64,000 nucleotides of DNA from Octopus sinensis (Eukaryota): the NCBI RefSeq assembly GCF_006345805.1, contig NC_043004.1, positions 19,034,001 through 19,098,000 on the forward strand, written 5' to 3'. Under the pieces are notes generated by a model that worked only from the letters and a program-made list of their open reading frames with translations, had not been told where the DNA came from and made no database searches. The position numbers and the translations under genes are program-made. Each line of letters begins with the position of its first letter. The stretch's first letter is position 1. Below are positions 1-11,920 of this stretch, one piece after another.

Positions 1-105
1 TAAATTTATTAATTTATTAGATGAATAATTCTCTACCCTATATCTGTAATGATTATATATATAAGCGATGATGGGGAACGCAGGCGCAAATACACGCACA
101 TAGGT

Positions 106-151
<46 letters not shown>

Positions 152-362
152 GTGAAGCAACTTGTTGCTAAACCCTTAATTATTGTTATAATTATATATA
201 AAAAATCTTTTTGCATAAGTTTTTACCGAATATAGTTCTTTTCTTTAGCGAAACTACTTGGTAAATTTATTAATTTATTAGATGAATAATTCTCTACCCT
301 ATATCTGTAATGATTATATATATAAGCGATGATGGGGAACGCAGGCGCAAATACACGCACAT

Positions 363-420
<58 letters not shown>

Positions 421-460
421 ATGTGCGTGTATTTGCGCCTGCGTTCCCCATCATCGCTTG
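1..460. repeat. (TA)n-anchored direct duplication plus perfect fold-back
   Basis: 1-110 is repeated at 262-367. The arm AAGCGATGATGGGGAACGCAGGCGCAAATACACGCACATAGGTA (324-367) is exactly inverted at 416-459 across a (TA)n tract. Confidence 0.9.
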
Positions 461-530
461 ACAACCGGTGCTAGTCTATTTGCATCTCCATAACCAAGCG
501 GTTCGGCGAAATGACCGATGGAATAATTAT
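438..530 (+). mobile_element. Degenerate SINE fragment (family A)
   Basis: CATCGCTTGACAACCGGTGCT...GCGGTTCGGCGAAATGACCGAT matches the reverse complement of the copies at 38.3-38.85 kb. Confidence 0.55.
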
Positions 531-1913
531 TCCATCAAGTATTAGTGTCATTCCGTTCGACGAGAACTCTTTAAAGCAGGTAAAATGTCCTCTCACTCTT
601 ATACTTTGCCAACCATCTTGGTATCCAGAGGTCATCTGATTTCCACAACAAGACACATTCTTTCTTTGTGAAACCACACGATAATATCTGACCTACTACG
701 TTTGTGCTAGGTGGCCGTTTAAATTTTTAAGTTCCACCTATTTTCTTTTGACCTAACTGTCTCAACAAAGCCGACTTCGTCTGGCGGTGTTCTAGATGTA
801 TGCAAGCAGTGAGACAGCAGAATCGTTGAAGCTTTGAACAATATTTTATGACATTTGATTGGACAGTGTGTGTTCACAGCTCATTGAAACAAACTTTGGC
901 TTTTGTCATTTCAATATCGATAAATAAGATATCAGCAATGTAAAGGTATCAACTTATTCTCTTTCTCAATTTCTCTGTGGGAAAAAAATTAATTCAGATT
1001 AGATTTGCAGAAATGCACTTCGCCAAGTTTAAAATGCTCACGAAACTCAGTGTGTGAAAGCGGTGCACTTTAACACATTTGACTTCGTAAGACAACACAC
1101 ACACACACACACACGGATACACACACATACACACGCACACACACATGTAGATACGCATGATAGAACAACCTGCACAAATGATTTAATTATAGTGACTGAA
1201 TGTACATGCTGTTGATTAGCTCATTGAAATCGACATTTCCAGAACAGATGTAGGCTAAACCACGCGCCAGATCTTGAAGTGATCGCAGATCATCATTAGA
1301 TGAAGTGCTAGCTCAAAAACACAATGCACCGCTTGATCTAGAAATTGAAACCACGACCACGCGATCGTGAGTACAACACCCTAACCAATAGGTCTTGCGT
1401 CCTCGTATATATATGTATGTACAAGTTATAACATCTATGTGTGTATGCGTCTGTTTCATTGTGTATGTAACTTTAAATATATATAAATTCTCATATCTCT
1501 TGTATTTACTCATTAGCCATTTGTCGGTGCCTTGATACTATTGTAATATCTATTCAAGCAATTTTCATTTTTATAAAATATTATGTTCATTTACTCTCTT
1601 TTCACCTGTAACTAATAATTACTCATGCATTTCTACCTGTCAGGTTGTTGTGTTTGATAATCATAGCTTTAAGACAAAATGAAAGCTGTCCGATAAAATT
1701 TACTCTCAAGAAAGATAGCAGCTTGGTTAAATAGAAGTGAAATCTTTATGTTGTATGTATGATATACGTATATCCATACCCCAGCCGTATCCACATCTAT
1801 ATCAGGAGAATTCTAAACTTTACTATGATATTTTTAAAACCACTAGAGCATTTTCTTCCCCTGTATGATCGATCTCTTGATAAGTTTATTCTGTTTAGAT
1901 TTGCAGAAATGGA

Positions 1914-1994
<81 letters not shown>

Positions 1995-2240
1995 ATATAT
2001 AAATATATATATATAATATATATATATATAATATATATATATATAATATATGCATATATGTATATAGTGTCACAGCATAGTCTCAGTCTAATGATTGAAA
2101 CACGTTAAAGATAAAATGGAAACGGTATAATGTATATATATATGTGTATGTATGTATGTATGTACGTATGTATATATATATATATATATACCAAAGTGTA
2201 CGTATGCTGCTATATATATATATGTGTTTAAAAAATACAT

Positions 2241-2761
2241 AATGGGACAAGAACGCAAAACATCCGGACAGTTAGGTGATACAAAAATAGGACATCAAAT
2301 CATCCATATAGACGATACAAAGAAAACAAGGACGGGTCATTCAAAGTTTTCTTTCTTCAGTCAAGTGCCAGATTATCTTCGCAATTTCGGCTGATTATAC
2401 TTGATTGCTCCAATCTGGCCCTCCCCAAGGAAAAACTAAGCTAAGAGCATTAGGTTCCTTGGAAGAAAGCAGCGAATGTATAAAAAACAAGGACGAGAAA
2501 AAACGGACAATGTTACACAAATACAATAAAAATAATAACAGGTCATACCAACAGGTGCCTTTCGATTAAGGATGAATTAAATTAAGCTGGCGTGTGTGGA
2601 AATGAAGCCTTTCGGCAGAGATACAGGGCGGAGTATCGATATTGCAGGGACAACGGCTTTCTTGGTCTGGCCGTTGTCCGTAGAACATCGATATTCCTCC
2701 CTGTTTTGTTGTCCCATTTTGTATCACCTAACTGTCCGGATGTTTTGTTTCTTGTCCATTT

Positions 2762-2762
<1 letters not shown>
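2241..2762. mobile_element. Non-autonomous element with ~57-bp imperfect terminal inverted repeats and an inner hairpin
   Basis: 2241-2297 vs 2705-2762 share CATCCGGACAGTTAGGTGATACAAAA in inverted orientation. An inner inverted pair lies at about 2622-2657/2671-2704. TA tracts flank the unit. Confidence 0.7.
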
Positions 2763-2802
<40 letters not shown>

Positions 2803-2806
<4 letters not shown>

Positions 2807-3260
2807 ATGAGAGAATGGAGTTTGAACGACGATTTAACAAAATTCCTTTATTCTCGGGTGCATTACGCCGCCCTCTCATCAAGAAAGACAAGGAACTTAT
2901 GTCAGCATCATGACGAACAAAAACTTTTAGATGACTACCCACATGGAGTAAGGCCAGAAATCACGTGCTTTCGTGTGGAAATTTGTGTGTTTTTTTTTTA
3001 CTATAAATAAATGCTCCGTGTGGATTAGTCATCTAAAAGTTTTTGTTCGTCATGATGCTGACATAAGTTCCTTGTCTTTCCTGATGAGAGGGCGGCATAA
3101 TGCACCCTTTATTCCTTCGGAATTAAGCATATGCAGTCCTCGAAACATATGTCGAGAATAAAGGAATTTTGTTAAATCGTCGTTCGACTCCATTCTTTCA
3201 TTTATTTATAGTAAAAAAACACACAAATTTCCACACGAAAGCACGTGATTTCTGCCCTTG
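2803..3260. mobile_element. Scrambled inverted-repeat unit A-B-C-B'-A'-C', probably Penelope pseudo-LTR derived
   Basis: A 2803-2855/A' 3154-3200, B 2856-2935/B' 3025-3107 and C 2950-3012/C' 3198-3260 are each reverse complements with a few substitutions. The unit contains a hammerhead core. Confidence 0.75.
3075..3158 (+). ncRNA. Type I hammerhead ribozyme with canonical core and long stem II
   Basis: CTGATGA (3081-87); stem II GAGGGC/GTCCTC (3088-93/3136-41); GAAA (3142-45); stem III AC-ATAT-GT; GUC cleavage triplet (3151-53); short stem I TTTC/GAGA with one wobble. Confidence 0.6.
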
Positions 3261-3358
3261 GCATGTAGCTTCAACCGTGCTTTCTGACGTGAATTTGCTA
3301 CCCGGGTATCGGTTAACCGAATTATCCATACTAGGATAATTCATTCAACTACTTATAT

Positions 3359-3401
<43 letters not shown>

Positions 3402-3479
3402 TATATATATTATACATATATAATATATATATAATATATATATAATATATATATATAATATATATATACATATATAATA

Positions 3480-3600
<121 letters not shown>

Positions 3601-3682
3601 GGTCCGGGTTGATTCGGGGTTAACCACAGTAAATAAGGTACTCAATACATAGCAGAGTAAAATTAATTTATTATATAGAAGG

Positions 3683-3733
3683 AGCTTCTACAGGACTAGA
3701 ACTGTTTCATTCAAGAGAAATCATCAGGAAGCT
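3683..3733 (-). ncRNA. Type I hammerhead-like ribozyme (antisense arm)
   Basis: Exact reverse complement of 3784-3834. Confidence 0.55.
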
Positions 3734-3783
3734 AGTTAACAAGAATTGTATTGGTATAAATGCCAATACAATTCTTGTTAACT

Positions 3784-3834
3784 AGCTTCCTGATGATTTC
3801 TCTTGAATGAAACAGTTCTAGTCCTGTAGAAGCT
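3784..3834 (+). ncRNA. Type I hammerhead-like ribozyme
   Basis: AGCTTC-CTGATGA-T-TTC-TCTT-GAA-T-GAAA-CAG-TTCTAGTC-CTGT-A-GAAGCT: 6-bp stem I, 4-bp stem III, GUA site, U.U at 10.1/11.1. Confidence 0.6.
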
Positions 3835-3839
3835 CCTTC

Positions 3840-3892
<53 letters not shown>

Positions 3893-3974
3893 GGTCCCGG
3901 TTGATTCGGGGTTAACCACAGTAAATAAGGTACTCAATACATAGCAGAGTAAAATTAATTTATTATATAGAAGG

Positions 3975-4025
3975 AGCTTCTACAGGACTAGAACTGTTTC
4001 ATTCAAGAGAAATCATCAGGAAGCT
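3975..4025 (-). ncRNA. Type I hammerhead-like ribozyme (antisense arm, second unit)
   Basis: Same motif as 3683-3733. Confidence 0.55.
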
Positions 4026-4074
4026 AGTTAACAAGAATTGTATTGGTATAAATGCCAATACAATTCTTGTAACT

Positions 4075-4125
4075 AGCTTCCTGATGATTTCTCTTGAATG
4101 AAACAGTTCTAGTCCTGTAGAAGCT
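4075..4125 (+). ncRNA. Type I hammerhead-like ribozyme (second unit)
   Basis: Same motif as 3784-3834; predicted cleavage after A4119. Confidence 0.55.
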
Positions 4126-4355
4126 CCTTCTATATAATATATATATATATATATATAGTATATATATATATATATATACAGGGGAAGAAAATGTTCGAGT
4201 TGTTTAAAAGATATCATAGTAAGGTTTAGAATTCTTCTGATAAGGATACGGCGGGGTATGGATATATGTATATCATCCATACATCTAAAGACCGTTCATT
4301 TCTATTCAACCAAGTTGCTATCTTTCTTGAAAGGAAATTTTATCGGATAGCTTTC

Positions 4356-4408
<53 letters not shown>

Positions 4409-4487
4409 GAATTTACAAAACATTTTGCAAACGATTTTAGTCAGATACCAAAGTAATTTCGGCAATTTTTCTTGTCAGTGAATCAAA

Positions 4488-4719
4488 TATATAAATAAAG
4501 GGTTTAGGAGAGTTTAAGGCTACAAGGTAAAAATTGGACAAACGTGTTTTAAAGCTCAAATCTTCAAATGTTCACGAAAATTTCAGTGAGTTTCACAGGG
4601 GTGGCTGGTTATATAAGTGTAAATGTCCTGTGAAGAGCATATCAAATTCGAACGTTAAATACACTTGTTCAATTTTTACCTTGTCGCTTTAAACTCTCCT
4701 AAACGCTTTATCTATATAT
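4488..4719. mobile_element. MITE with ~75-bp imperfect TIRs
   Basis: TAAAGGGTTTAGGAGAGTTTAAGGCTACAAGGTAAAAATTGGACAA inverts to TTGTTCAATTTTTACCTTGTCGCTTTAAACTCTCCTAAACGCTTTA; TA at both ends. Confidence 0.75.
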
Positions 4720-4892
4720 TTGTACTTTTGATAAGCAAAAAAGTGTCAAAACTATTTTGGTATGTGAATAAATCTATTTAAAAACGACTGCACGTATTTT
4801 AGTTTCATGTGCATTTTCAAATCCCAAAACAAATTCCTTATATATTTTCCTGCGTAGGAATGCACTTCTTTGCACATAAATATATATATGTG

Positions 4893-4911
4893 TGTTTATA
4901 TGTGAATATGA

Positions 4912-4966
<55 letters not shown>

Positions 4967-4987
4967 TACATCATATATATATACATG

Positions 4988-5027
<40 letters not shown>

Positions 5028-5033
5028 TATACG

Positions 5034-5086
<53 letters not shown>

Positions 5087-5104
5087 TATACATATATACG
5101 TATA

Positions 5105-5149
<45 letters not shown>

Positions 5150-5164
5150 ATATACATATATACG

Positions 5165-5212
<48 letters not shown>

Positions 5213-5341
5213 TACATATGTGTGTTATTTTGACGGAAGCAAAATTATACCAAAAGGTAAACTTTGTATCAAACCTGTGTTTAAATGTGTATATGAGTGT
5301 ATATATATATATATGTACATACATACATATATATATACATG

Positions 5342-5387
<46 letters not shown>

Positions 5388-5397
5388 CATATATACG

Positions 5398-5451
<54 letters not shown>

Positions 5452-5525
5452 GTACATATATACATATGTGTGTTATTTGTGACGGAAGCAAAATTATACC
5501 AAAAGGTAAACTTTGTATCAAACCT
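4893..5525. repeat. Tandem duplication of a TA-rich block
   Basis: GACGGAAGCAAAATTATACCAAAAGGTAAACTTTGTATCAAACCT occurs at about 5232 and 5481, each preceded by the same pattern of interrupted (TA)n. Confidence 0.8.
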
Positions 5526-7419
5526 AACATAAATGGCTTGTTAGAACATTGATTAGAGCGTTATTAGCCTTGAGAGATTCTCTCGTATAGCTGCTTGATG
5601 TTCATACCTTTTGCTGTTAATACTACTTCCGTCACTAGTAATTATTTTTAATAAAACTGCTGGCTGTTTGAGATATCAGTGTCTGAAAAAAAATGATATT
5701 CTATAAATCATATCAGCGATATTTAATTGACATGCAATGACTGGAATGCATTCCACTGATGATTTCCAGTAGAATAAAATCGCGTGATATGGAAATTCCA
5801 GCGCCCATGACATGGTTCTTCTCTGCTTTGGTCTATGTTTCTGCTTTTATGCACCAAAAAGCTTATACCCGAAGATCTCTAAACGCTATTAACGCAATAT
5901 TCGGTTTTCTAACAAGATATCCCTGGTAAGTTAGATAATAAGATTACGATTTAATATTAACACTACTTCCGCCGCTAAACAATAATTTTTGTTAAGCCTG
6001 TTTGGCTATTTTAGACAGCAGTATCTGAAAAGATGCTGATATTCCTTAAATTGTAGCAGCGAGATTTCACTGGTACACAGAGACCGGACGCTTCCCACTG
6101 ATTTTTTTCCAGACGAATGAAATTACGTGATATGGGCATTCTCGTCTACTAGAATATACGTATGTGCCTTTATGCAACAAACGCCTACATGAGAAACAGG
6201 CACTTTCGAGAGCGCGATGAGTCGGATGCCACTAAATTTCCGTTTAAACTGTTGCAGATCATCTGCTGGTTTGACATGACCAGCAGAGTGGACCGAAAAA
6301 CTTACTTTTTACACAGATTTTTGAAATATTCTGTGTGTCTGGGGAGAAATGTCTATTGCGTAGCCTGTTAAAAACAACTGTGTTAAAATTTGAAGTTCTT
6401 GAATTTCTATCTTCAGGCTCCACACCCCAGTTGAAATTTTGATTAATGAGCGAAAAATAAATTTACATTTATTCTTCCTCATTTTACTTTTAAATTTCTT
6501 GTTACAGATTGACTTTCTGTTGATAAATTCTTTACAAACAAGGGATTTAAAATCTTAAGCTCTACAATTTGTATTTTTAGACTCCGCAACGCAATTGAAA
6601 TTTCGAAATTATGTGAAATAAATAGACATTTCGACTTTGTTTTCTTTATCATTTTTAATACTAGATCACCGAATACATGTTACATGAGGTCTAGATTACA
6701 ACACACAATAAAATAGATTGAACAAATTGTCAAGGTTGTAGCAGAAAAGATGATTCTTCTTTGGCAAAAGGCATCCATATTTTGTGTTACGATTAAGTCA
6801 GTTAAACCAAAAATCTTAAACTTTCTTTTGCTGACATAAAAGGGCGTCTGTGATCTGGCCGATTCTAACTAATAAGCCTCTGCACGTTCTTTTTAGATAC
6901 AGCTTGATTTATTCCACTAATGATCATTTTTCGAGTGTTCGTTGATCTTGTTCTCTCTGTGGTACATTTTTGTCCCTACTACAACCGCAGTTTTTAAAGG
7001 AGTTGCGCTCGCAACAGTAAATGTCAATTAAATCTTTTGTTACATTGTTTTTAAACATATCACACTTTAATACAATGACCTAATCTCAAGGTATAAAGCA
7101 GAAAACGTCATACACGTACGACGTACGTCCACGCGCAACGACCGTTGCAGCGGCACTGAAGAGAAGTTGCACTTTCATTCTCTTTATATTCAATGCGGAA
7201 CTTCGAGACATTAGTCAGTTGTAATGACACATCGTATGCAGCCTCGTAAGGATACTATATTTACTGCTTTACGTTCTTCTATGCGGAGATATGCATTCCT
7301 TACGACTTATAATCCATGAAATCTAAAATTCGACCAAAAATAAAGATATGTAAAATTTTCAAATGCATTGCAGAGCTTAAAAAACATATCTAACTGCAAA
7401 GTTTTATGCACCTTTCTGT

Positions 7420-8050
7420 TACCCTTAATTTGCAACAAAATATTGATTCTTGGCTGCCACTTTTGAAAGTTGAATTTTTCGCTCCATTCTAATGAACAAC
7501 GAAATTCCAGAAAGCCGACGATCTGGACTGGAATGACGTAGCATAGATTTTAATGCTGAGGCGTTGGGGCCACTACACGCAGCACAGATCACGAGAATTG
7601 AAGGAAGGGATGAATGTATCGGTTCTATAGTAACGCTAGAAAAGACAGAAAGAGGAGACATTGCGCTTGTGTTTCAGAGGTTAGAGCCTGTATGTTAGTG
7701 AATGAAGTTCGTGGCTGAATTTTTTGGCCTGAAGAGAGAGGCCAGGCTTTACGATGATAACAAGTGACCAGTATTTTTATATAACCGTCAGGCTTCTAGC
7801 TGAGTGTCGCTCATATTCAGTGTGTTGCAGTATGTTCTTGGGCTGAATAATGTTGAAGATTATTTTTTATTAAAAGAGACAAGATTTGTATGTTTCTGCT
7901 GAGGAATACTCTTAAGGTTTCCGTTAGAGGAGTCGATACATTTTGACCTGTGGTTTAAGTGTGAATGCTGCTTGCTCAGATAGGGTCAGGAACAATTGAA
8001 GGATTATTTTATCTCCACGAATGTGGGCCCTATTACGCGAGACAGAAAGT
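7420..8050 (-). mobile_element. Highly degenerate LINE 3' fragment (CR1/L2-like group)
   Basis: Minus frame reads PLKHKRNVSSFCLF*RYY...YATSFQSRSSAFWN...STFK, resembling the LINE ORF2 C-terminal pattern PLSHRRNVASLSLFYRYY...SFIPRT.KLWN.LP...FK; several stops. Confidence 0.55.
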
Positions 8051-8669
8051 AGATCATTGATATATTGAGATAAGCGTGTGGGAACAAACCCGAACCAAGC
8101 TGCACATCAGAGATGATATTTATATATGTAATATCACATAAAAAAGGGAAAAAAAAAAGAAAATTAAGACTTGAATAGAAAGTAGTGTTACAGCCAAAGA
8201 TAACAAATGGAAAAAATCAGTCTACAGTTTGAAGTTATATATGCGCACGCGTACTCACGCACACACTCATACACGCACATGCACGCACATGCACATAAAT
8301 ATGCACACACATCCATACAGGCATGCACACATATACTGGCCTATGAATTTACCAACTATTGACGCCAAGCTGTTTAATCATAAGATTTGGACTATGCTAC
8401 TGGTATGTTGCAGGTTTTGTCTCATACGAAAACAGCATCATACTTTTCCACGGTGTATATACATTAAGTATGACACAGAGATGGTGATTTTAACTTCATA
8501 ATTATATTACAATTAAATAAGACTTTTGTTCTCTGACTACACAGTGTATTACCTACACTGTCATCCCTCACTCACACATCTATTGTTCTTTTACTGCCTT
8601 CCTCTCTCTCTCATTCACTCTGTGTGTGTGCGTACACAGTGTGTATGTGTGTATAGACCCCATTCAGTC

Positions 8670-8965
8670 ATGAATGACCATGGGATTGCACCTAAAAAGT
8701 TACACTCCCAGGCACAAGTCCGGGCAAATTTCTTCAAGAGAGACCAGTAGCCGCCCATACTTTCCACGCCACTTATGTTATCCGAGGAAAAGGCAAAGGT
8801 CGATACAGCTCGACACCTGTGACGTCGCAACTCATTTTGGCAGCTGAGTGAACTGAGACAACGTGTAATACAGTGTCTTGCTCAAGAACATGACACACTG
8901 CACGGTACGGGATCGAAATCGCTATCTCATGATTGGGAGTTCGACGCTCTAACTACTGAGCTATA
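8670..8965 (-). mobile_element. tRNA-derived SINE (family C), degenerate
   Basis: CAGCTGAGTGAACTG...CAACGTG...GTCTTGCTCAAGAACA is the reverse complement of the body of the copy at 13225-13365; degenerate A/B-box head near 8900-8965. Confidence 0.65.
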
Positions 8966-9198
8966 CTTCGCATGTATACATATAAAACCCAAGTAGTTTT
9001 ATTTGTTTATTTGTATCATTGTCTCCATTTCTACTCACCTGGATTCCTCGTAGGTGGGCTGCAGTAGTGGCTTCCGAGTGTAAGTTCAAACCTAATGAAC
9101 GTTTTCTATATTGAGAATGTCTGCAGCTCATCTGTTAAATACTACCCCCTTTCCCTCTCTCTCTCTCTCTCACTCTGTCTGTCTGACTGTCTGTCTGA

Positions 9199-9248
<50 letters not shown>

Positions 9249-9633
9249 GATATATGTATAATCACATCCAACATACATACAGACACAAACATAACATTTC
9301 TTTCATCTTCTCCCTCCTCTGTTTCTCTCTCTAACATTAATTTAGTGTTGTTTTATTTTCCGCCACTTCAATTCCCAAACCTCGTTTTTCAACTTATTTT
9401 TTTTCCGTCGCGGCTGTTACTTCCAACCAATTGAGATTGTTATTTAGTTTGATATCATTGAAAGAATTCTTTATTCTTTGTATCTTGCTGGAAACGTGTG
9501 GTAGGTTGTTGTAAGTAAGGTTAATTTTATTTTTGTAGCTACATAACTTGTATACCAGCTGTATCTATTCTTTATAACTTCTAATAATATTGGATAATAT
9601 TATTTGAGTACACACACATACACACATACACAC

Positions 9634-9664
<31 letters not shown>

Positions 9665-9888
9665 CACACACTGCCACACTCACACACAGATAGATAGATA
9701 AAAATATATACTTCCAAATATATGTGCGCATGGGTGTGTATATGCGCATGTGTTCGTGTCTGTGTATGGATTTATAATTATAATGCATATATTATACCAA
9801 CATCTATAGCTATAAATCATAAACAAAAATAAATAACTTGATTACATATGCATATATATTATATATCTTCTATGTATATATACATATA

Positions 9889-10006
9889 CAGTTATACCTC
9901 ACTTTACGAGATTCCGTTTTACGCATTTTTACGAGTTTCATTTTCTGCTCGCATTACAAAGTTCTCTGGGAACTAACGAATTAACTCGTATATCGAGGCA
10001 TTACTG
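9889..10006. mobile_element. 118-bp pogo/Tigger-like MITE
   Basis: TA|CAGTTATACCTCACTTTACGAG ... CTCGTATATCGAGGCATTACTG|TA: 22-bp imperfect TIRs starting CAGT, with TA TSD. Confidence 0.65.
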
Positions 10007-10015
10007 TATATATAT

Positions 10016-10111
<96 letters not shown>

Positions 10112-10248
10112 CTTATGGCAATCACCGTGCGATACCTAAGGAAAACGAAGGCTTTCCTGGATAGGAAAGCCTTCTTTTTTCTGTCTGGGGTTTACATGCC
10201 CGTTTATTAGACTGCTTACCTTAGTCATTGCACGGTGATCGCCATAAG
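10112..10248. mobile_element. Short non-autonomous element with 30-bp inverted repeats and an internal 12-bp hairpin
   Basis: CTTATGGCAATCACCGTGCGATACCTAAGG / CCTTAGTCATTGCACGGTGATCGCCATAAG; hairpin GAAGGCTTTCCT-GGAT-AGGAAAGCCTTC at 10147-10174. Confidence 0.6.
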
Positions 10249-10406
10249 CTTTAAGCTTATAAAAAAATACCATTATTACTATTTACAGTATTGTAAAAAC
10301 GCTGCTGTATAAAAAAATATTCGCACCGGAAGCGTGTATATATATAGCTGTGTATCTATGTGTGTATACGTGAGTGTAAACAATTATATATATATATATA
10401 TATATA

Positions 10407-11920
10407 TTTCAAATTTGTCCAAAGTCGTTACCTCCCCCACAAGGGGTAACAACACTTTGGATCTGCAATTTATCGCTTCTCCTGAAACAATTATTAGTGT
10501 CGCTATTGAAGTACCTTTAGGTGACTCTGATAATTCCATGATCATGGCCGACTTGTCTCTGATTGGTTGTTGCGAAAACCACAACCATCTTCAAACTGTC
10601 CGCTTTGACTGGAATAAAGCAGACTGGAGCTCTTATCGTACCGAGCTGCGGCGCCCAAACTAGCTCGAAGTTTATGCTTCTGGAGATGTGAATACTATTC
10701 TTCAGAACATTCTGAATTCAATATGGGCGGCATGTGCAGCATCGGTACCATGCTAGCACTAAAAAACACCCAATAGTGCAATTTGGGAAACTGCAGCAGT
10801 CCGCCTTGCCAGGAAAGTACACCGTGATGCTGAAGAAGAATACAAATTGCACAAATCAGAGATCAACAGGAAAAAACGCAATAGATCAGCCAACCATCTC
10901 AAGCAGGTGACAAAAAAGGCAGAGCTTGAATTCGAACCAACCCTAACAGCAAAGTGTTCTGGAAGTATGTACATTCAAAGCAGAGACCTCACTCTCCAGT
11001 TGGTCCCCTTCGCAATCCCCACACAGGGCAGATTACTGGCAATCCCAAAGAATGTGCAGAAATCATTGCTGGATGCTATGCAGGCATCTTCACTGTCGAA
11101 GATCAAAATGTTCCATCTCTATCACCTCTGACAGCGGACTCTATAACTACTATGAAATTTACTCCAGCAATGCTACAACGCCACCTTAAGAATAAACGTA
11201 ACTATGCCTCTCCAGGTCTCTATGGTGTTACATACCTACTTCTCAAATGCGGTGGGTATTTTCTTCTAAACTAACTTTCACTATCCTTTCAAGTCTGTCT
11301 TGACAATGGTGTTAATCCAGAGCAGTGGAAAACTACCAGTGTTATCCCTCTGTCCAAAAAAGGTGACCGCACATCGCCTGTCAACTATCGCCCGTTAGTC
11401 TTACTAGCTGCATCGCCAAACTGATGGAATCCTGTGTCAGAGAAATCCTCTGGAACTTCTGAAAGTCTCACAGCCTCATCCAGCGTCACAATTTGCTGGC
11501 AGGTGACTTTGCAGACACCCATAAAATTATTAACCAACTTACAAACAATAATTCTGAGCCACTTTTCAAACTCCATCTGTCTAACACCCGTGGACATGTT
11601 TACAAAGTCAGAAAACAGTACAGCTCCTATGACTTTCGGAAACATTTTTTCACGCTAAGAGTTTTTGAAGCATGGAACAAACTGCCGGCATCAGTTGTTA
11701 GTTCTCGGAGCACTGCATTCTTCAAAAATTCCATGCTTCCTGAGATTCACCAACACTACACCTGATTTTCTCCCCTCCATACACATGCAACAATGTATCT
11801 GACTCAAATACTGTTCACTTTCCAGGTATTTGTACATTAAGGCACATGCTTTATACGCACTTTTGACAAGTTGTGGTGCACCTGAGCACTGTATACAATA
11901 ATTTCATTATTATATTATTA
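10407..11920 (+). mobile_element. CR1-clade LINE remnant, internally deleted
   Basis: APE C-terminus PTRGNNTLDL...GDSDNSMI; linker FWKYVHSK; RT start WKTTSVIPLSKKGDRTSPVNYRP; CR1 C-terminus TRGHVYKVRK...RVFEAWNKLP; (ATT)-like tail. Confidence 0.85.

Noticed and set aside
560-680. SDDLWIP peptide resembling a Cys-loop receptor motif
   Set aside because: The flanking residues do not fit, the frame is short and no supporting splice sites were found.
7425-7661. Apparent minus-strand exon with a strong polypyrimidine acceptor
   Set aside because: Another frame of the same strand carries degenerate LINE C-terminal motifs, which explains the GC-richer island better.
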